From an uncultured delta proteobacterium (GTDB taxonomy: Bacteria > Desulfobacterota > Binatia > UBA9968): 64,000 nucleotides of DNA. This document shows, piece by piece, positions 45,434 to 57,630 of this stretch (position 1 is its first letter; each line of letters opens with the position of its first letter). Both the position numbers and the translations under genes were made by a program. Where the stretch lies: contig CAWJZV010000017.1 of NCBI GenBank assembly GCA_963847445.1, positions 96,001-160,000 on the forward strand, written 5' to 3'. Below the pieces are notes generated by a model that did no database searches, was not told the origin of the DNA, and saw nothing but the letters and a program-made list of their open reading frames with translations.

Positions 45434-46489
45434 ATGGCGCAGCGCAGGTGTTGCTTTGGCCGGTTCATCGCAGCGTTGACAATTCTTTGGGGCGTTGGAG
45501 AGGTATCGGCGCAGCACGATGAAAAAGCCGTGGCCGATTTCTATCGTGGCAAACAGATTCGCATCATTATCGGATCGGGGCCCGGCGGCACTTATGACAT
45601 CTACTCGCGTCTCTTGTCCAAACATATGGGGCGCTTCATCCCTGGCCACCCGGCGATGCTGGTGCAATCGCGCGCCGGCGCCGGCGGCTTGATCGCCGCC
45701 AACACGATCTACAATACGGAGCCCCGAGATGGCACGGTGATCGGTTCTTTCGGAGAAACATTTCCATTGCGCCAGGCGATGGGCGCGCCGGCAATTCAAT
45801 TCGACTCGGCCAAGTACCAGTGGATCGGCAGCGCTATCAATACGGCGATCGCCTGCGTGGCGCGCAGCGATTCCGCTGTGGCGTCGTTCATGGATATCGT
45901 CGACGGCAAGCCGTTCACGGTCGGCACCATGGCGCCGGGCAGCACGATCTACGACACGCCGGCGATCCTCAATGCGGCCTTCAATCTGCAAATGAAACTG
46001 GTGCGCGGCTTCGACGGAGTGGCGAACATCGTCAACGCCGCTGAAGCGAAGGAAGTCGATGGCTACTGCGCCAGTTGGCTGGCGATGCTCACCACGGGGC
46101 GGCACTTACAACTGTTCGACGCCGGGGTGTTGAAGCCGATTCTCATCATGGGCGATAGGACGCCGGATCACCCGCGGCTGAAGCAGGTACCCGCCGCCGA
46201 AGCGCTGGCGAAAAGCGATGAAGCGAAGCAGTTACTACGCGCCATGCATGCGCCGTCGCAGATCACCAACCCCTACGTCGTCCATCCGCAGGTGCCGAAG
46301 GAGCGCGCCGAGGCGCTGCGCCGGGGGTTTTCGGCGACCTTCACTGACGGCGAGTTTCTTGCCGACGCAAAGAAGAGCCGCATCGAGTTCTCTCCCAGCA
46401 GCGGCGAACAAGTTACCCAGGTGGTGCGGTCGATCATGAACACACCGCCGGCCGTGCTGGCGAAGATGAAAAAAATATTGGTGCAATAA
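45434..46489 (+). CDS. TctC/Bug-like binding protein
   Basis: IIIGSGPGGTYD, GAGGLIAAN, PRDGTVI. Confidence 0.88.
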   Translation: MAQRRCCFGRFIAALTILWGVGEVSAQHDEKAVADFYRGKQIRIIIGSGPGGTYDIYSRLLSKHMGRFIPGHPAMLVQSRAGAGGLIAANTIYNTEPRDGTVIGSFGETFPLRQAMGAPAIQFDSAKYQWIGSAINTAIACVARSDSAVASFMDIVDGKPFTVGTMAPGSTIYDTPAILNAAFNLQMKLVRGFDGVANIVNAAEAKEVDGYCASWLAMLTTGRHLQLFDAGVLKPILIMGDRTPDHPRLKQVPAAEALAKSDEAKQLLRAMHAPSQITNPYVVHPQVPKERAEALRRGFSATFTDGEFLADAKKSRIEFSPSSGEQVTQVVRSIMNTPPAVLAKMKKILVQ

Positions 46490-46510
46490 GCGAAGAAAGA
46501 AAAAAGAATG

Positions 46511-46756
46511 GCCGCAAAGAACGCAAAGGCGCAAAATAGGATCGGGAGTAGGGGCGGGTTTTAAACCCGCCCTCTTGCCTAGGATAATTCGCAATCGGAA
46601 ATTAACCGCAAAGCTGTCCTGAGCGTAACGCGAGGGTCTTGGAACCGCGCAGAGGTCGCAAAGTGCGAAGCGGAGCAATTCACCACGAAGATCACGCCAA
46701 GGGTGTCGGATAATCAATATTCCGCGTTTCGTGATCTTCGTGTCCTTCGTGGTGAA
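46511..46756. repeat. Cluster of intergenic repeats: CGCAAAG units, GTAG-REP (46548-46572) and CACCACGAAG element (46679-46756)
   Basis: GTAGGGGCGGGTTTTAAACCCGCCC; TTCACCACGAAG...CTTCGTGGTGAA. Confidence 0.85.
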
Positions 46757-46788
46757 AATCCTAGTTCCCTACGGCGAAAAGGAACACT

Positions 46789-47803
46789 ATGAAATTTGGC
46801 ATTCACATTCTCCCGACTTACATGCCGGATGTCGAGGGGACGCTGCCGGATTTTTACCAGCTGATGTACGAGCAGATCATCGAGGTGGAAAAGCTCGGCT
46901 TCGATCAAGCTTGGGTGACCGAACATCATTTCGGCGGCTATGGCGGCACGCTGCCGCACCCGCCGACGTTTTTGGCGGCGGTCGCCGGTAAGACGGCGAA
47001 GATACGTCTGGGTGTGGCGGTGGCGGTGTTGCCGCTGCACAATCCTTTACAACTGGCCGAAGCCTACGCCATGGCGGATGTGATCTCCGGCGGGAGGTTG
47101 GACTTCGGTATCGGTAAAGGCAGCGAGCCGGTGGAGTACCGCAAATTTGGCATGAATCGCGATGAAGCGACGCAACGTTTCACTGAATGCACGGAAATTA
47201 TCCGCCAGGCCTGGTCCGACGAGCCGGTGAATTTTCATGGCGAATTTTACAATTATGATGGCGTCGATATTCTACCCAAGCCGTTGCAGCGGCCGCATCC
47301 GCGCATCTGGGTCGGGGCGACGCGCACGGAGGAGACCTTCCGTGGCGCCGGCGTCAATGGCTACGATTTGATGACCGTGCCGTTCGTTCACCCGACCACC
47401 GATGCTTTGCGCGATTTGGTGCGGCTGTACCGCGGCGAGCTGGCGCGCGCCGGCCACGATTTCGTCGGCCGCGACGTGCTCGGCAAGTTTCATATTTATG
47501 TCTCCGATAGTTTTGAGCGCGGCATGCGCGAAGCCGCGCCGTTCATGAAGAACTACAGCGATATTCACACCGCGGTCGATCCCAAACGCAAAATCACCGA
47601 GCGCGATATTGGTTCGGACATGGCGCGCGGATTTATCATCGTCGGCGATCCCGAGCGCTGCTGCGATACGATTCGGCGCTGGCAAGAAGAGGCTGGGATC
47701 ACGGTGTTCTCCGGGAACATTTCATTTCGGCGGCATGCCCCAGGAAATGGCGCTCAAAAGCATGCGCCTGTTCGCCGACCGGGTGATGCCGGCGTTGGCG
47801 TGA
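46789..47803 (+). CDS. LLM-class flavin-dependent monooxygenase (frameshift near 47715)
   Basis: WVTEHHF, LPLHNPL, SGGRLDFGIGKG, PKPLQRPHP; C-terminus MRLFADRVMPALA in the shifted frame. Confidence 0.9.
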
Positions 47804-47897
47804 CGATTTCGCGGCGCAGTGGAATCAGGAAGTTTATTAGACCACCGCTGGCGGGCGCAGCTCGGTTGCAGCGCCGATTCCAAAGCGCTGGCGAAAC

Positions 47898-49012
47898 TTA
47901 GTTGCCGATGACGAAAGCGCTGCGAATGTTTGATTTTGACTGCAAGGTTTGGCGGGTCGCTTCGGCCTCTTGCTTGGCGCCGAATCGGCCGACGCGGAGG
48001 CGATACCAGCGCGCGGAGTTGACATCGGCGACAACGATGAAAGCGTCGTAGCCTTGGGTTTTAAGTTTTTCTTGTAATTGCAGCGCGGCTTTTTCGTCCA
48101 GGGTCGAAGCGATTTGCACCGACCAGCTATGGGTTGAAAGTGCTTGGGTCGCCGCGGGCGTGACCGGCGGTTTTTCTTCGGATACGTCCGGTCGGGGGAC
48201 TTTAGCGGGGGTGCGCGCCACCGCCCGTTTAGCCATCGTCGGTGGCGGCGTCGCCGTCCGGCGAAGGCGCGCGAGCCACCTTAATCGGCAGCGGTTTTGT
48301 GCGGGCGCGCGCTGAGCGAGTCGTATCGATGCGCTTCGCGTCCGAGTTGGTGTCAGCGCGAGGAACCGAAACGGTGTTGCCGCTGGTGACGGCTGGCGCT
48401 GCCTCGGCGGTCATGTGAAGCCGGCACCGGCCAGCGCGCCGCGTCCGGTGCCAATGCCGCTATCCGGCGCGCGGTGATCTTTTGTCCGGTGACAACGCCT
48501 AAATATCCCGATGTACTGGCGGTGAATATAAACAGTGCCGCGAGGGCCGCCAGTTGCGACCGCGAGAAATATTTCGCCGCCGGGTAAGCGCTGTGTTCGC
48601 CAGTTCTGGCCGCTTGCGGCCACTGCGCTACCGACGCCGAGGTCCCGCCGTCGCTACCATGCTGTACCGACTGGCGTTGCGCAATTGCGCCGGGCAGAGC
48701 GGCTTGGGTCAACATTTGTAACGCTTGAATGGTCGGCCGGTGCTCGGCGATCAATTGTTGAGCGCGTAGCGCGCGCGTGTCGGCGTCGCATACTTCAAAT
48801 GAAAAGTGCGTCGGTTGGCGGCCGAGAAACACGTTTCCCAGTTCGTTCCAATGCAATAACAGCGCTGCGCGCAGATCAGCCGCCTCGCCGACGAAAAGTT
48901 GCTGGCGCTGGGTGTGCAGTCCATAGACGCCGGGCACGGCAGGCGCGCAGGTCTCGACGATTGCGCCTTCGAAAGGGTGACAATTGCCTTGTGGCTGCCA
49001 GGGTGGTGCCAT
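47898..49012 (-). CDS. Probable single gene: GIY-YIG-like domain + TM + linker + SPOR domain (two frameshifts, about 48425 and 48235)
   Basis: APAVPGVYGL..LFVGEAADLR; TM LAALAALFIFTASTSGYLGVV; SPOR WSVQIAS..GYDAFI..WYRLRVGRF; three overlapping ORFs on the same strand. Confidence 0.65.
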
Positions 49013-49325
49013 TTATAGATGTTCCGCCGCGTACCCGCCCTATCCAGGACGGGAAAGCGCGGCGTGCGGGAGCGGTTGGTTCACGTTCGTCGGATCTATC
49101 TTAGTCGGCGAAATACGCCGCGCTGTTACTGGCTTGCAACGATTCTACTTGAGGCCAATCAACGTCGTTTTGGGTTGGGTCACTGTCCGAGCATCGCTTA
49201 AAGACAAATGTTAGCTTACGAGCCAGGTTTGGACAAGTTGTTTGTCGAACAATGCGCGATTTTTCCCGCGTCGGTTGGAGAATTACGCCATTCTACCGAT
49301 CCGGCTTTTGTGCTAGAGGTTGGCG

Positions 49326-50648
49326 ATGACCTCGAACCCAGCCAAGGACCGCTCGCCTGCTATACTGAACCTGCTGCCGTTTTACTATGGCTGGTTCGTC
49401 GTTGCGTTAAGTTTTCTCGCTAACCTGACGGCCGCGGGTATTCGTTCGGCGCCATCGGTGCTGATCCATCCACTGGAGGCGGAGTTCGGTTGGAGCCGCA
49501 CGGAGATCGCTTCGGCGGCAAGTCTCAATTTACTCTTGCTCGGATTATTCGCACCGGTGGGCGGCTGGCTGATCGATCGCATCGGCGCCCGCCGCGTCAT
49601 ACTCGGCAGTCTGTCGACCATCGCCGTGGGACTGGTCGCGGTGACGTACGTCGAGCAGCTCTGGCAGTTGATTTTGCTATGGGGCGTGGTTCTCGGGATC
49701 GCCACCGGCATCACGCCGGCGCTGGGCGCGAGCATCGCCAGCCGCTGGTTTGTCCATCGGCGCGGTCTGGCGGTGGGCATCATGACCAATGCCAATGCCG
49801 CGGGACAAATAGTTTTTCTGCCGTTGTTGATGTCGGTCATCCTCGTCGCCGGCTGGCGCAATGCGCTGATGATGATTACGGCCACCGCCTGTTTGTTGAT
49901 CCCGGCGATCTGGTTCTGGATGCGCGACCGGCCCAGCGAAGTCGGTCTTGAGCCGTACCGTTCCGGGCCGGGCGCTAATGCGAAGTCGGGCAAGAGTTTC
50001 GCACGCGGCGAAATCCGCCCGATGTCGTTTGCGGCGATCTCCGAGGTCATGCAGACATCGACTTTTTGGATTCTCGCCGGCTGTTTTTTTATTTGCGGCG
50101 TCACCGCCAACGGTCTGATCGGCACCCACTTGATCCCCCACGCCATCGAGCGCGGCATCCCGCAGGTGACCGCAGCGACGGCGGTGGGCATCATGGGTGG
50201 CGCGAGTTTTATCGGCACGACTTTTTCCGGCTATCTGGTCGACCGCATCGATCCGCGCAAAGTGCTTTCGGTGGTATACGGCCTGCGCGGCACGGCTCTG
50301 TTGATGTTGCCGTTCGTATCTAACTCCACCGGGCTGTTCATGTTCGCCGTATTGTACGGGCTCGACTGGTACGCCTCCGGTCCGGCGACCACGACAATCA
50401 TCGCGCGCAAATTCGGTTCCGAACGGGTCGGGCAAATCTTCGGCACTGTCTTCGTCTTTCACCAATTGGGCGGCGCGGCGGCGGCTATCGGCGGCGGCTG
50501 GGTGCGTGTCCATTTTGGCGATTATCAAAATGCTTTCTTGGTCGGTGGTTGCTTGGGGCTGGTGGCCGCCGGTTTGGCGCTGACCGTCGATCGGCGCGGT
50601 GTGGCGCGACCCGAAGTGGCTGGGACGCCGGAGCTGGCCGGGGCGTGA
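49326..50648 (+). CDS. MFS transporter, paralogue of 34246-35559
   Basis: PFYYGWF, SAPSVLIHPLE.EFGW, IPHAIERGI shared with the paralogue. Confidence 0.92.
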   Translation: MTSNPAKDRSPAILNLLPFYYGWFVVALSFLANLTAAGIRSAPSVLIHPLEAEFGWSRTEIASAASLNLLLLGLFAPVGGWLIDRIGARRVILGSLSTIAVGLVAVTYVEQLWQLILLWGVVLGIATGITPALGASIASRWFVHRRGLAVGIMTNANAAGQIVFLPLLMSVILVAGWRNALMMITATACLLIPAIWFWMRDRPSEVGLEPYRSGPGANAKSGKSFARGEIRPMSFAAISEVMQTSTFWILAGCFFICGVTANGLIGTHLIPHAIERGIPQVTAATAVGIMGGASFIGTTFSGYLVDRIDPRKVLSVVYGLRGTALLMLPFVSNSTGLFMFAVLYGLDWYASGPATTTIIARKFGSERVGQIFGTVFVFHQLGGAAAAIGGGWVRVHFGDYQNAFLVGGCLGLVAAGLALTVDRRGVARPEVAGTPELAGA

Positions 50649-50757
50649 GCTCGAGATAGTTCGCACTACTGTCTGCCAAGCCGTGGTACAATCACTTCAA
50701 ACGTTCGCGTCGGGAGAGATGTTTAAACCTCGGCTCATGAAAAGGAGTTTCACGAAG

Positions 50758-51561
50758 ATGCACATCAATTTTGCAGTCTCATTAAGCAGGCATGGACGAA
50801 TTCTATCGCTGGCTCTGGTAATGGCGTTTGTTATCGTTGAAACACGCGACGGGCGCGCGGCATCGGTGGGAGCATTGAGCGAAGCGCGCTTGTTTAGCGC
50901 GGCTGATGAACACTCACAAGTGATCGAGTCGATCCGCGATGGCGCCGCCCTGGCTCCGCTCGCGGAAATGTACGGTGCTGGCGGCGAGAAATGGTTCATG
51001 GTCAAGAGCCGGGCGGGAAACATCGGTTGGATCAAGTCGAGCGACAACGCCGCAGCCAGGCGGGTCGACGATCATTTCCGCGCTCTGCCGAAAGAAACCT
51101 TTGCAATCGGACCGGCGGTTATCGCGAGCTCTAGTGGGCCGGCGGCCACGGCGAAGACCTCCGAGAGCGGCGCAGTCACAATTCCATTCAAGCTCCACAG
51201 TAATTCCATGTTGGTGCCGGTGAGCTTCACCAACGGCAGTAGCTCGACGACGGCTAACCTGGTGGTCGATACCGGCGCCGGCCAGACGGTGCTATCGAAG
51301 CGAGCCGCCCGCGACCTTGGATTGACGGCCCTCGACAGTCAAGCGAGACTTGGTATAGGTGGTGCGGTGAGAGTCGACGTCGGTGTCGTCGAGTCGGTGA
51401 AGGTCGGTGGCGCTGAACAGAAGAACTTGCCCATTAGTATCCATGATTTTTCGCCTGATCCCCGTATTGAAGGTCTATTGGGCTTCGATTTTCTCGGCCG
51501 CTTTCAAATGTCGGTGGACAACGACAAGCAAATAATCGTGTTAACGCCAAAAAAAGACTAG
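50758..51561 (+). CDS. SH3-like domain + retropepsin-like aspartic protease, probably secreted (start uncertain)
   Basis: WFMVKSRAGNIGWIK (SH3-like); VVDTGAGQTVLS; GLLGFDFL. Confidence 0.82.
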   Translation: MHINFAVSLSRHGRILSLALVMAFVIVETRDGRAASVGALSEARLFSAADEHSQVIESIRDGAALAPLAEMYGAGGEKWFMVKSRAGNIGWIKSSDNAAARRVDDHFRALPKETFAIGPAVIASSSGPAATAKTSESGAVTIPFKLHSNSMLVPVSFTNGSSSTTANLVVDTGAGQTVLSKRAARDLGLTALDSQARLGIGGAVRVDVGVVESVKVGGAEQKNLPISIHDFSPDPRIEGLLGFDFLGRFQMSVDNDKQIIVLTPKKD

Positions 51562-51587
51562 CTCATGGCTAAGCGGGTGGCCCAGGG

Positions 51588-52581
51588 GTGAAGCCAAAGC
51601 ACGTAACGCAGATTTGTTGGTCTCTCGCCCTGATCGGCAGTTCGATTTTCATATTTCTCGTGCCGCGATTTGTCAGCGCTCAGGAGCGCGTCAAGTTCCC
51701 CGTCGGCGTCGGCACCAAAACCCTCGGCACCGGTCTGATCTGGCTCGCCACTAAGAAAGGCTTTTTCGAAGAAGCCGGCCTCGATGTTCAGCCGGTGCTG
51801 TTGCGCGGTACGCCGGTGGCGGTGCAGGCGCTGGTCGGCGAGTCGCTTTTCATGACCCTGGGTTCCGCCGACGCGATGGTCAGCGCGGCAGTGGGCGGTG
51901 CCGATCTCGTGAGCGTCGCCGGTGTCATCAACGGTTTGACCCAAGCCATTGTCGCCGGCAAGAAATATAAAAGCTTCAAAGAACTGCGCGGCACGACCGT
52001 TGGCGTGCAGTCGCTCGCCTCGGGCGCGACCACGGTGCTCAAGCGCATCTTCAAGAAGCACGGCCTGGATTATCCCGCCGATTACAAACTCTTGGCGGTG
52101 GGCGGGGGTAATTTCAATCTCGCGGCGCTCAGTTCCGGTCAAGTCGCGGCGGCATTTCTCGTCGTGCCATTGGTTTTCGCCGCTGAAGAGCAGGGCATGA
52201 ACGTGCTCGGCTACTATAAAGACTACTATCCCAACTATCAGTTGACGGTGATGGCGGTGAAGCGCGGCTGGGCGGAGAAAAACCGCGCGCTGTTGGTGCG
52301 CTTCCTGCGCGCTGGCTTGCGTGCCAACCGTTGGCTGTATGCCAACAAAGAGGCGGCGAGCGATTTCTTCGCTAAGGAAATACCAATGGCGCCGGAGCTG
52401 GCGCGCAAGGGTTGGGATTATTATACGGCGAACCGGGTTTGGCATCCGAATCTCGAACTCAACCTCGACGGCATGAAGCTGGCATTGGAAATTCTTGCCG
52501 AGGAGAGCAAACAAGCACGCGCAGGACGCCGTGAAGTTTATCGATGGTCGCTATTTACAGCAGGCACTCAAGGACTTGTGA
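51588..52581 (+). CDS. ABC substrate-binding protein (frameshift near 52520)
   Basis: KKGFFEEAGLDVQPV; the real C-terminus YLQQALKDL* is in the shifted frame and matches the 57631 paralogue. Confidence 0.85.
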
Positions 52582-52588
52582 GACGGTT

Positions 52589-52960
52589 ATGAAAGATGGG
52601 CTCAAACCCGGACTGACACATACCCAAACCTACGAAACCACCGAGCGCATGCGCGCTACGCAATTGACCGCCGATGTTTTCTCGACGCCGGCGATGATCG
52701 GCCTGATGGAAGGAACTTGCGTGCGGCTGACCGCGCCCTATTTGGACGAGGGCGAAAACAGCGTCGGCATGCATGTCGACGTGCATCACCTGGCGCCGAC
52801 CAAGATCGGCCAAAGCGTAACCGTCACGGCGGAGGTCTTGGAGATCGACGGCAACAAGATTCGCTATGCCGTGTCCGCGGTCAACGATGCCGGCGTGAAA
52901 ATCGGCGCGGGTAAGCACCGGCGCGCGGTGATTCGGCCGAAGAAACTGTCTGACGGTTGA
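52589..52960 (+). CDS. FlK-like hot-dog thioesterase
   Basis: VFSTPAMIGLMEGTC, HLAPT.IG, GKHRRAVI. Confidence 0.88.
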   Translation: MKDGLKPGLTHTQTYETTERMRATQLTADVFSTPAMIGLMEGTCVRLTAPYLDEGENSVGMHVDVHHLAPTKIGQSVTVTAEVLEIDGNKIRYAVSAVNDAGVKIGAGKHRRAVIRPKKLSDG

Positions 52961-53132
52961 TCGGCGCGCCATGGTGTTGACCGTGAGTTTTAAATTCCCG
53001 ACGATCGCGGCGCTTGGAGACTTTACGGCGCTATCGGTAGGTTCCCGCTTGCTTGCTTATCGACTGGCGATCGAATTAATCAGGTAGAGTGAGCGTCGGT
53101 CACGTCGGACTCTGACGCTATTATTTTCAATT

Positions 53133-55281
53133 ATGCAAAGCGTGGTGCGTCATGTCGGAGTTTTTCTCGTTAGCGTCGCAATTCTCTTTTCCTTGGCGAA
53201 AATAACTATGAGCTCATCCCAAGTCATCTCGCCAACCGCTGGGCAAGCGGACGAAGATCCTTTTCTGTGGCTCGAAGATGTCGGCGGCGAACGCGCTTTA
53301 ACCTGGGTGCGCGCGCACAACGCGGCGAGCGCGCGCGAACTGGAAGGCACTGCGGGTTTCGACAAGTTGCGGGGGCGTTTGCTGGCGATCTACGAATCCA
53401 ACGAGCGCATTGCCAACGTCACCAAGCATGGCGCGTATTTTTACAACTTCTGGCGCGATGAGCGGCAGGTGCGCGGGGTTTGGCGGCGGACAACGTTGGC
53501 CGAGTATCGCAAGGCCGAACCTGCCTGGGAGATCGTCCTCGATCTCGATCGGCTGGCGGCTTCAGAGAAAGAGAACTGGGTCTGGAAGGGCGCCGATATT
53601 TTGCAGCCAAGCCATGATCGCGCGCTGCTATTTCTTTCGCGCGGCGGCGCCGATGCCGCGGCGATGCGCGAATTCGATCTGGTCAAGAAAGATTTCGTCG
53701 TCGACGGATTTACCCTGCCGGAAGCGAAGAGCCGGGTGGCTTGGCGCAATCGTGATGCGCTTTACGTCGGCACCGACTTCGGCTCCGGCTCTCTGACCAG
53801 TTCCGGTTATCCGCGCATCGTTAAAGAATGGCAGCGTGGCACGGCGCTGGGCGCGGCCAAGACAGTTTTCGAGGGCCAAGTTGAAGACGTCAGCGTGGCG
53901 GCATCGGTGGTGCATGACCACGGCCGGACATATGAACTGATTTCGCGCGGCCTGACATTTTTCACCAATGAGCTATGGTTTCGCCGCGGCGACGATTGGG
54001 TTCGAATCGATAAACCGGCCGACGCACGGGTCGAGACCTTTACCGATCAAATATTGTTGCGGCTGCGTTCCGACTGGAACGTTGGCGGGAGAACTTATCG
54101 AGCCGGAGCACTGCTTGCCGGCGATTTTGCAGCCTATCTGACGCGGCGAGCGCGAATTCGCGACGCTTTTTGAACCGAGCGAGCGCAAAGCGTTGGCGAG
54201 CACGAGTCAGACGAAGAATTTCTTGATTCTCAACGAGCTCGACAATGTGCGCAGCAAGGTTTACGCCCTCAAGCGCGCCGACGGGCAATGGCAGCGCCAG
54301 CAATTGGCGACTCCAGCTTTCGGTTCGGTGCGCGTGCGCGGCGTCGATGCCCATTCCGATGATGATGCCTCGGACGATTACTTCATGAGCCTAACCGACT
54401 TCTTGACGCCGTCGAGTCTGATTCTCGGCAGAGTCGGCGCGTCGGCGGAGGAAAAGCTAAAAAGCTTGCCGGCATTTTTCAGCGCCGATGGCTTGGCGAT
54501 TAGCCAGCATGAGGCGGTATCGAAAGATGGCACCAGGATTCCCTACTTTCAGGTGAGCCGTAAAGACCTGATGACGAACGGCAGAAACCCGACGCTGCTC
54601 TACGGCTATGGCGGCTTCAATGTGTCGCAGTTGCCATTTTACAGCGGCACTCTCGGCGCGGCTTGGCTGGAGCGCGGCGGCGTCTACGTGCTGGCGAACA
54701 TTCGCGGCGGCGGCGAATTCGGGCCCAACTGGCACTATGCGGCGCGCAAGGAGAATCGCCAGCGCGCCTACGATGATTTCATCGCTGTCGCCGAAGATTT
54801 GATCGCGCGTAAAGTGACCTCGCCGCAGCATCTCGGCATCCAGGGCGGTTCCAATGGCGGTTTGCTGGTGGGTGTGGCGCTGACGCAGCGGCCGGATTTA
54901 TTCAAAGCGGTAGTTTGCCAGGTGCCGCTGCTCGATATGCGCCGCTATAGCAAATTATTGGCCGGCGCCAGTTGGGTCGATGAGTATGGCGATCCGGACA
55001 AAAGCGAAGATTGGGCGTATATCGCCAAATATTCGCCCTATCATAATGTCGTGGTCGAGAGGAAATATCCGCGAGTGCTATTCACCACCTCGACGCGCGA
55101 TGACCGGGTCCATCCGGGACACGCGCGTAAAATGTTCGCCAAGATGAAGGCACAGGGCCATGACGTGCTGTACTATGAAAACATCGAAGGCGGTCACGGC
55201 GGCGCGGCGGACAACCGCCAGCTCGCTTACATGTCGGCGCTGACCTATGCGTTTCTGGTTAAGGAGTTGATTGGCGGGTGA
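53133..55281 (+). CDS. Prolyl oligopeptidase (S9A), secreted; frameshift near 54145
   Basis: EDPFLWLEDV, YGYGGF, GGSNGGLL (Ser), DDRVHP (Asp), EGGHG (His). Confidence 0.93.
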
Positions 55282-55361
55282 CGGGATCGGAATTTTCTCG
55301 CGCAAAGCCCGCAAGGACGCCAAGGGAGCAGGCGAAAGGCAGGGCGATCTGTCGGTCGCCC

Positions 55362-56454
55362 CTAGGCTTCCGCTCTTGGAAAATTCAGCGCATCGACTTC
55401 AAATTTTCTTAGCTCCGGCATCACCTGCTCGGTGAATAAGCGCAGCGAATTGAGCGCTTGCTTCTGAGTTAGCTCACCGAAGGTAAATTCACCGAGGAAT
55501 GTGTCGCCGCCGGCTTGGTTGGCGATGGACTTGATTTGCCGCACCACGGTGTCCGGCGAGCCGCAGATAAACGAGCCTTCGGCGATGGAGTGGTCCATGT
55601 CCATCAACTGCTGGCGCCGGCTGCCGTCGAGGATCGTCGTCAAACCGGTGGCGCCGTGGGCGCCGTAGGTGCGCGCGCCGCCGCGCCGCTCCCAGAAGTT
55701 TTTCCAGTGATACTCGCCGTCGGCGCGCGCTTGTTTGTCGCTCTCGGCGACATAGATCTCGCGCATCAGCCCCATATGCGGCTTGCGTCCTGACGGCTTG
55801 GCGCGCTGATAGACTTCGCGGTATTCGTCGAAGGCCTTGCGCGTCGCTTTCATGCCGGAGGGCACCCACTGCACGGTGCTCACGCCGGTGGATGCGGCTT
55901 CTTCGATGGACTCTTTGCTACGCGTCGGCATCCACAGCGGCGGATGGGGTTTCTGCACTAGCGGGATGCTGGAGTCGACATCTTTGCATTTGAAATATTT
56001 GCCTTCGAAGCTGAACGTCTCGTGGGTCCAGATGCCTTTGATGATTTGCAAGGCTTCCAGCGTCATCTCTCGTTTCTGATCCCAGGGAACGTTGTACGCA
56101 ACGAAGGAAAATGGGCCGATGCCGGCGCCGATGCCGCACTCCAGGCGGCCGTTCATGAGATTGTCGAGCAGCGCTGCCTCTTCGGCGACGCGCACCGGAT
56201 GCCACAAGGGCAGGACGTAGACGAGCGGACCCATGCGAATATTTTTGCGTCCGTTGCGACGCCGCGCCGAGGAAACTGCCGGGACTTGGGCATTCGGAAA
56301 AACCCATGTCGAAGTGATGCTCGGCGACAAAGTAAAAATCCATGCCGGCCTGGTCGGCGAATTCTAAAACTTCGAGATGGTTGCGATACAGGTCGACGTA
56401 GGTGCGCGCCGGGTGATCATGTTTCTGCATGTGGTCGAAGAGTCCGAGTTTCAT
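55362..56454 (-). CDS. LLM-class flavin-dependent monooxygenase (frameshift near 56250)
   Basis: MKLGLFD, FVAEHHF, LPLWHPVRVAEE, QKPHPPLW, LRLFTEQVMP. Confidence 0.9.
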
Positions 56455-56464
56455 GGTGTCATCC

Positions 56465-57448
56465 TTATTTGGTCGTTTCCTTTTGAATCTCTTGCAGCAG
56501 CGAGTTGTCGTACATTTTTTCCAGGGCGAGTTTTTTCACTTCGGCGGCGCTTTCGGCGCGAAAGTCCAAGATCGAAGTGAGACCGGCAAGGGAGACGTAG
56601 GGAATTCTCAGCGCGTAGTCCTTGACGTTCTCTTTGTAGGTCTCGTCCAAAGTCGCGCCATCGGTGGTGCGCGTGTACTTGCCGATGGTGCGCTTGGCAA
56701 ACGCCGGATCGGCGATGGCCAGATCGTAGGCGGCGATGGTGGCGCGCAGAACTTTCTTCAATTCTTCCCGCTTGGTTTTGAGCTGCGAGTTCTTGACGAT
56801 GAAGCAGCCGTAGTCGAAGGGCAGGCCGATCGTTTCGGTGGTGAGCAGTTCACGAAATCCCAGCTTGCGCGCATTCAATGTCAGCGGCAGCGAGATCGAG
56901 CCGCCTTGAACTAAGTTGTTCTGCATGCCGGCGATAATTTCCTGTGTGCCGCCGAGTTGCAGCAGGGCGACATCCTTGATCGGCTGCAAACGATACTTCT
57001 TGAGTACCTGGCGAGCGACGAAGTCGGAGAAGGCGCCGAAGCGGGTGACGCCGACGGCTTTTCCTTTCAGATCACCGATGCTGGCGTGCGGCGCGGTGGT
57101 GAAGAAAGATGTTTGGCCTTTGTCGTACTGGCAGCCGACCATGACGAGGTCGGCGCCGGCGAGATTGGCGTCGACCACCGCGCCGGCGGCTGAGTACATG
57201 ATATCGATGTCGCCGCCGAGCAGCGCCTGCACCGACTTGGTGCTCGAGCCGATGTAGAGCAGCTCCATATCGGCGCCATATTTTTGATACAATCCGGCGT
57301 CCTTGCCAACCCACAATACCGTAAATGTTCCGGCGAATGCGGTGTAGGCGACGCGGAGTTTGGCTGGCTGGGCGTTGGCACGGGTCGCTATCGCCAACGA
57401 GCAGAACAAAACGGCAATGACAAATCGTGATTTTGCGCCGGTTTTCAT
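56465..57448 (-). CDS. ABC substrate-binding protein (SsuA/NMT1-like)
   Basis: Signal peptide; GLYQKYGADMEL; LKGKAVGVTRFGA. Confidence 0.9.
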   Translation of the reverse strand: MKTGAKSRFVIAVLFCSLAIATRANAQPAKLRVAYTAFAGTFTVLWVGKDAGLYQKYGADMELLYIGSSTKSVQALLGGDIDIMYSAAGAVVDANLAGADLVMVGCQYDKGQTSFFTTAPHASIGDLKGKAVGVTRFGAFSDFVARQVLKKYRLQPIKDVALLQLGGTQEIIAGMQNNLVQGGSISLPLTLNARKLGFRELLTTETIGLPFDYGCFIVKNSQLKTKREELKKVLRATIAAYDLAIADPAFAKRTIGKYTRTTDGATLDETYKENVKDYALRIPYVSLAGLTSILDFRAESAAEVKKLALEKMYDNSLLQEIQKETTK

Positions 57449-57630
57449 CGCTGTCCCTTACAACCCTACGACCTGTTTTCGATAGATCATGATCGCGACC
57501 TCGCTGTCAAGTTTCGCCGGTAAAGTCGACCATGCGTCGAACTTCGCCTTGACCTGTCTCTCGTTTCTAACTTATGGTGTGCTTTCCAAATAGATGCTGG
57601 ATGAATCGGCTGTATGGAGAGGTAACTTCG

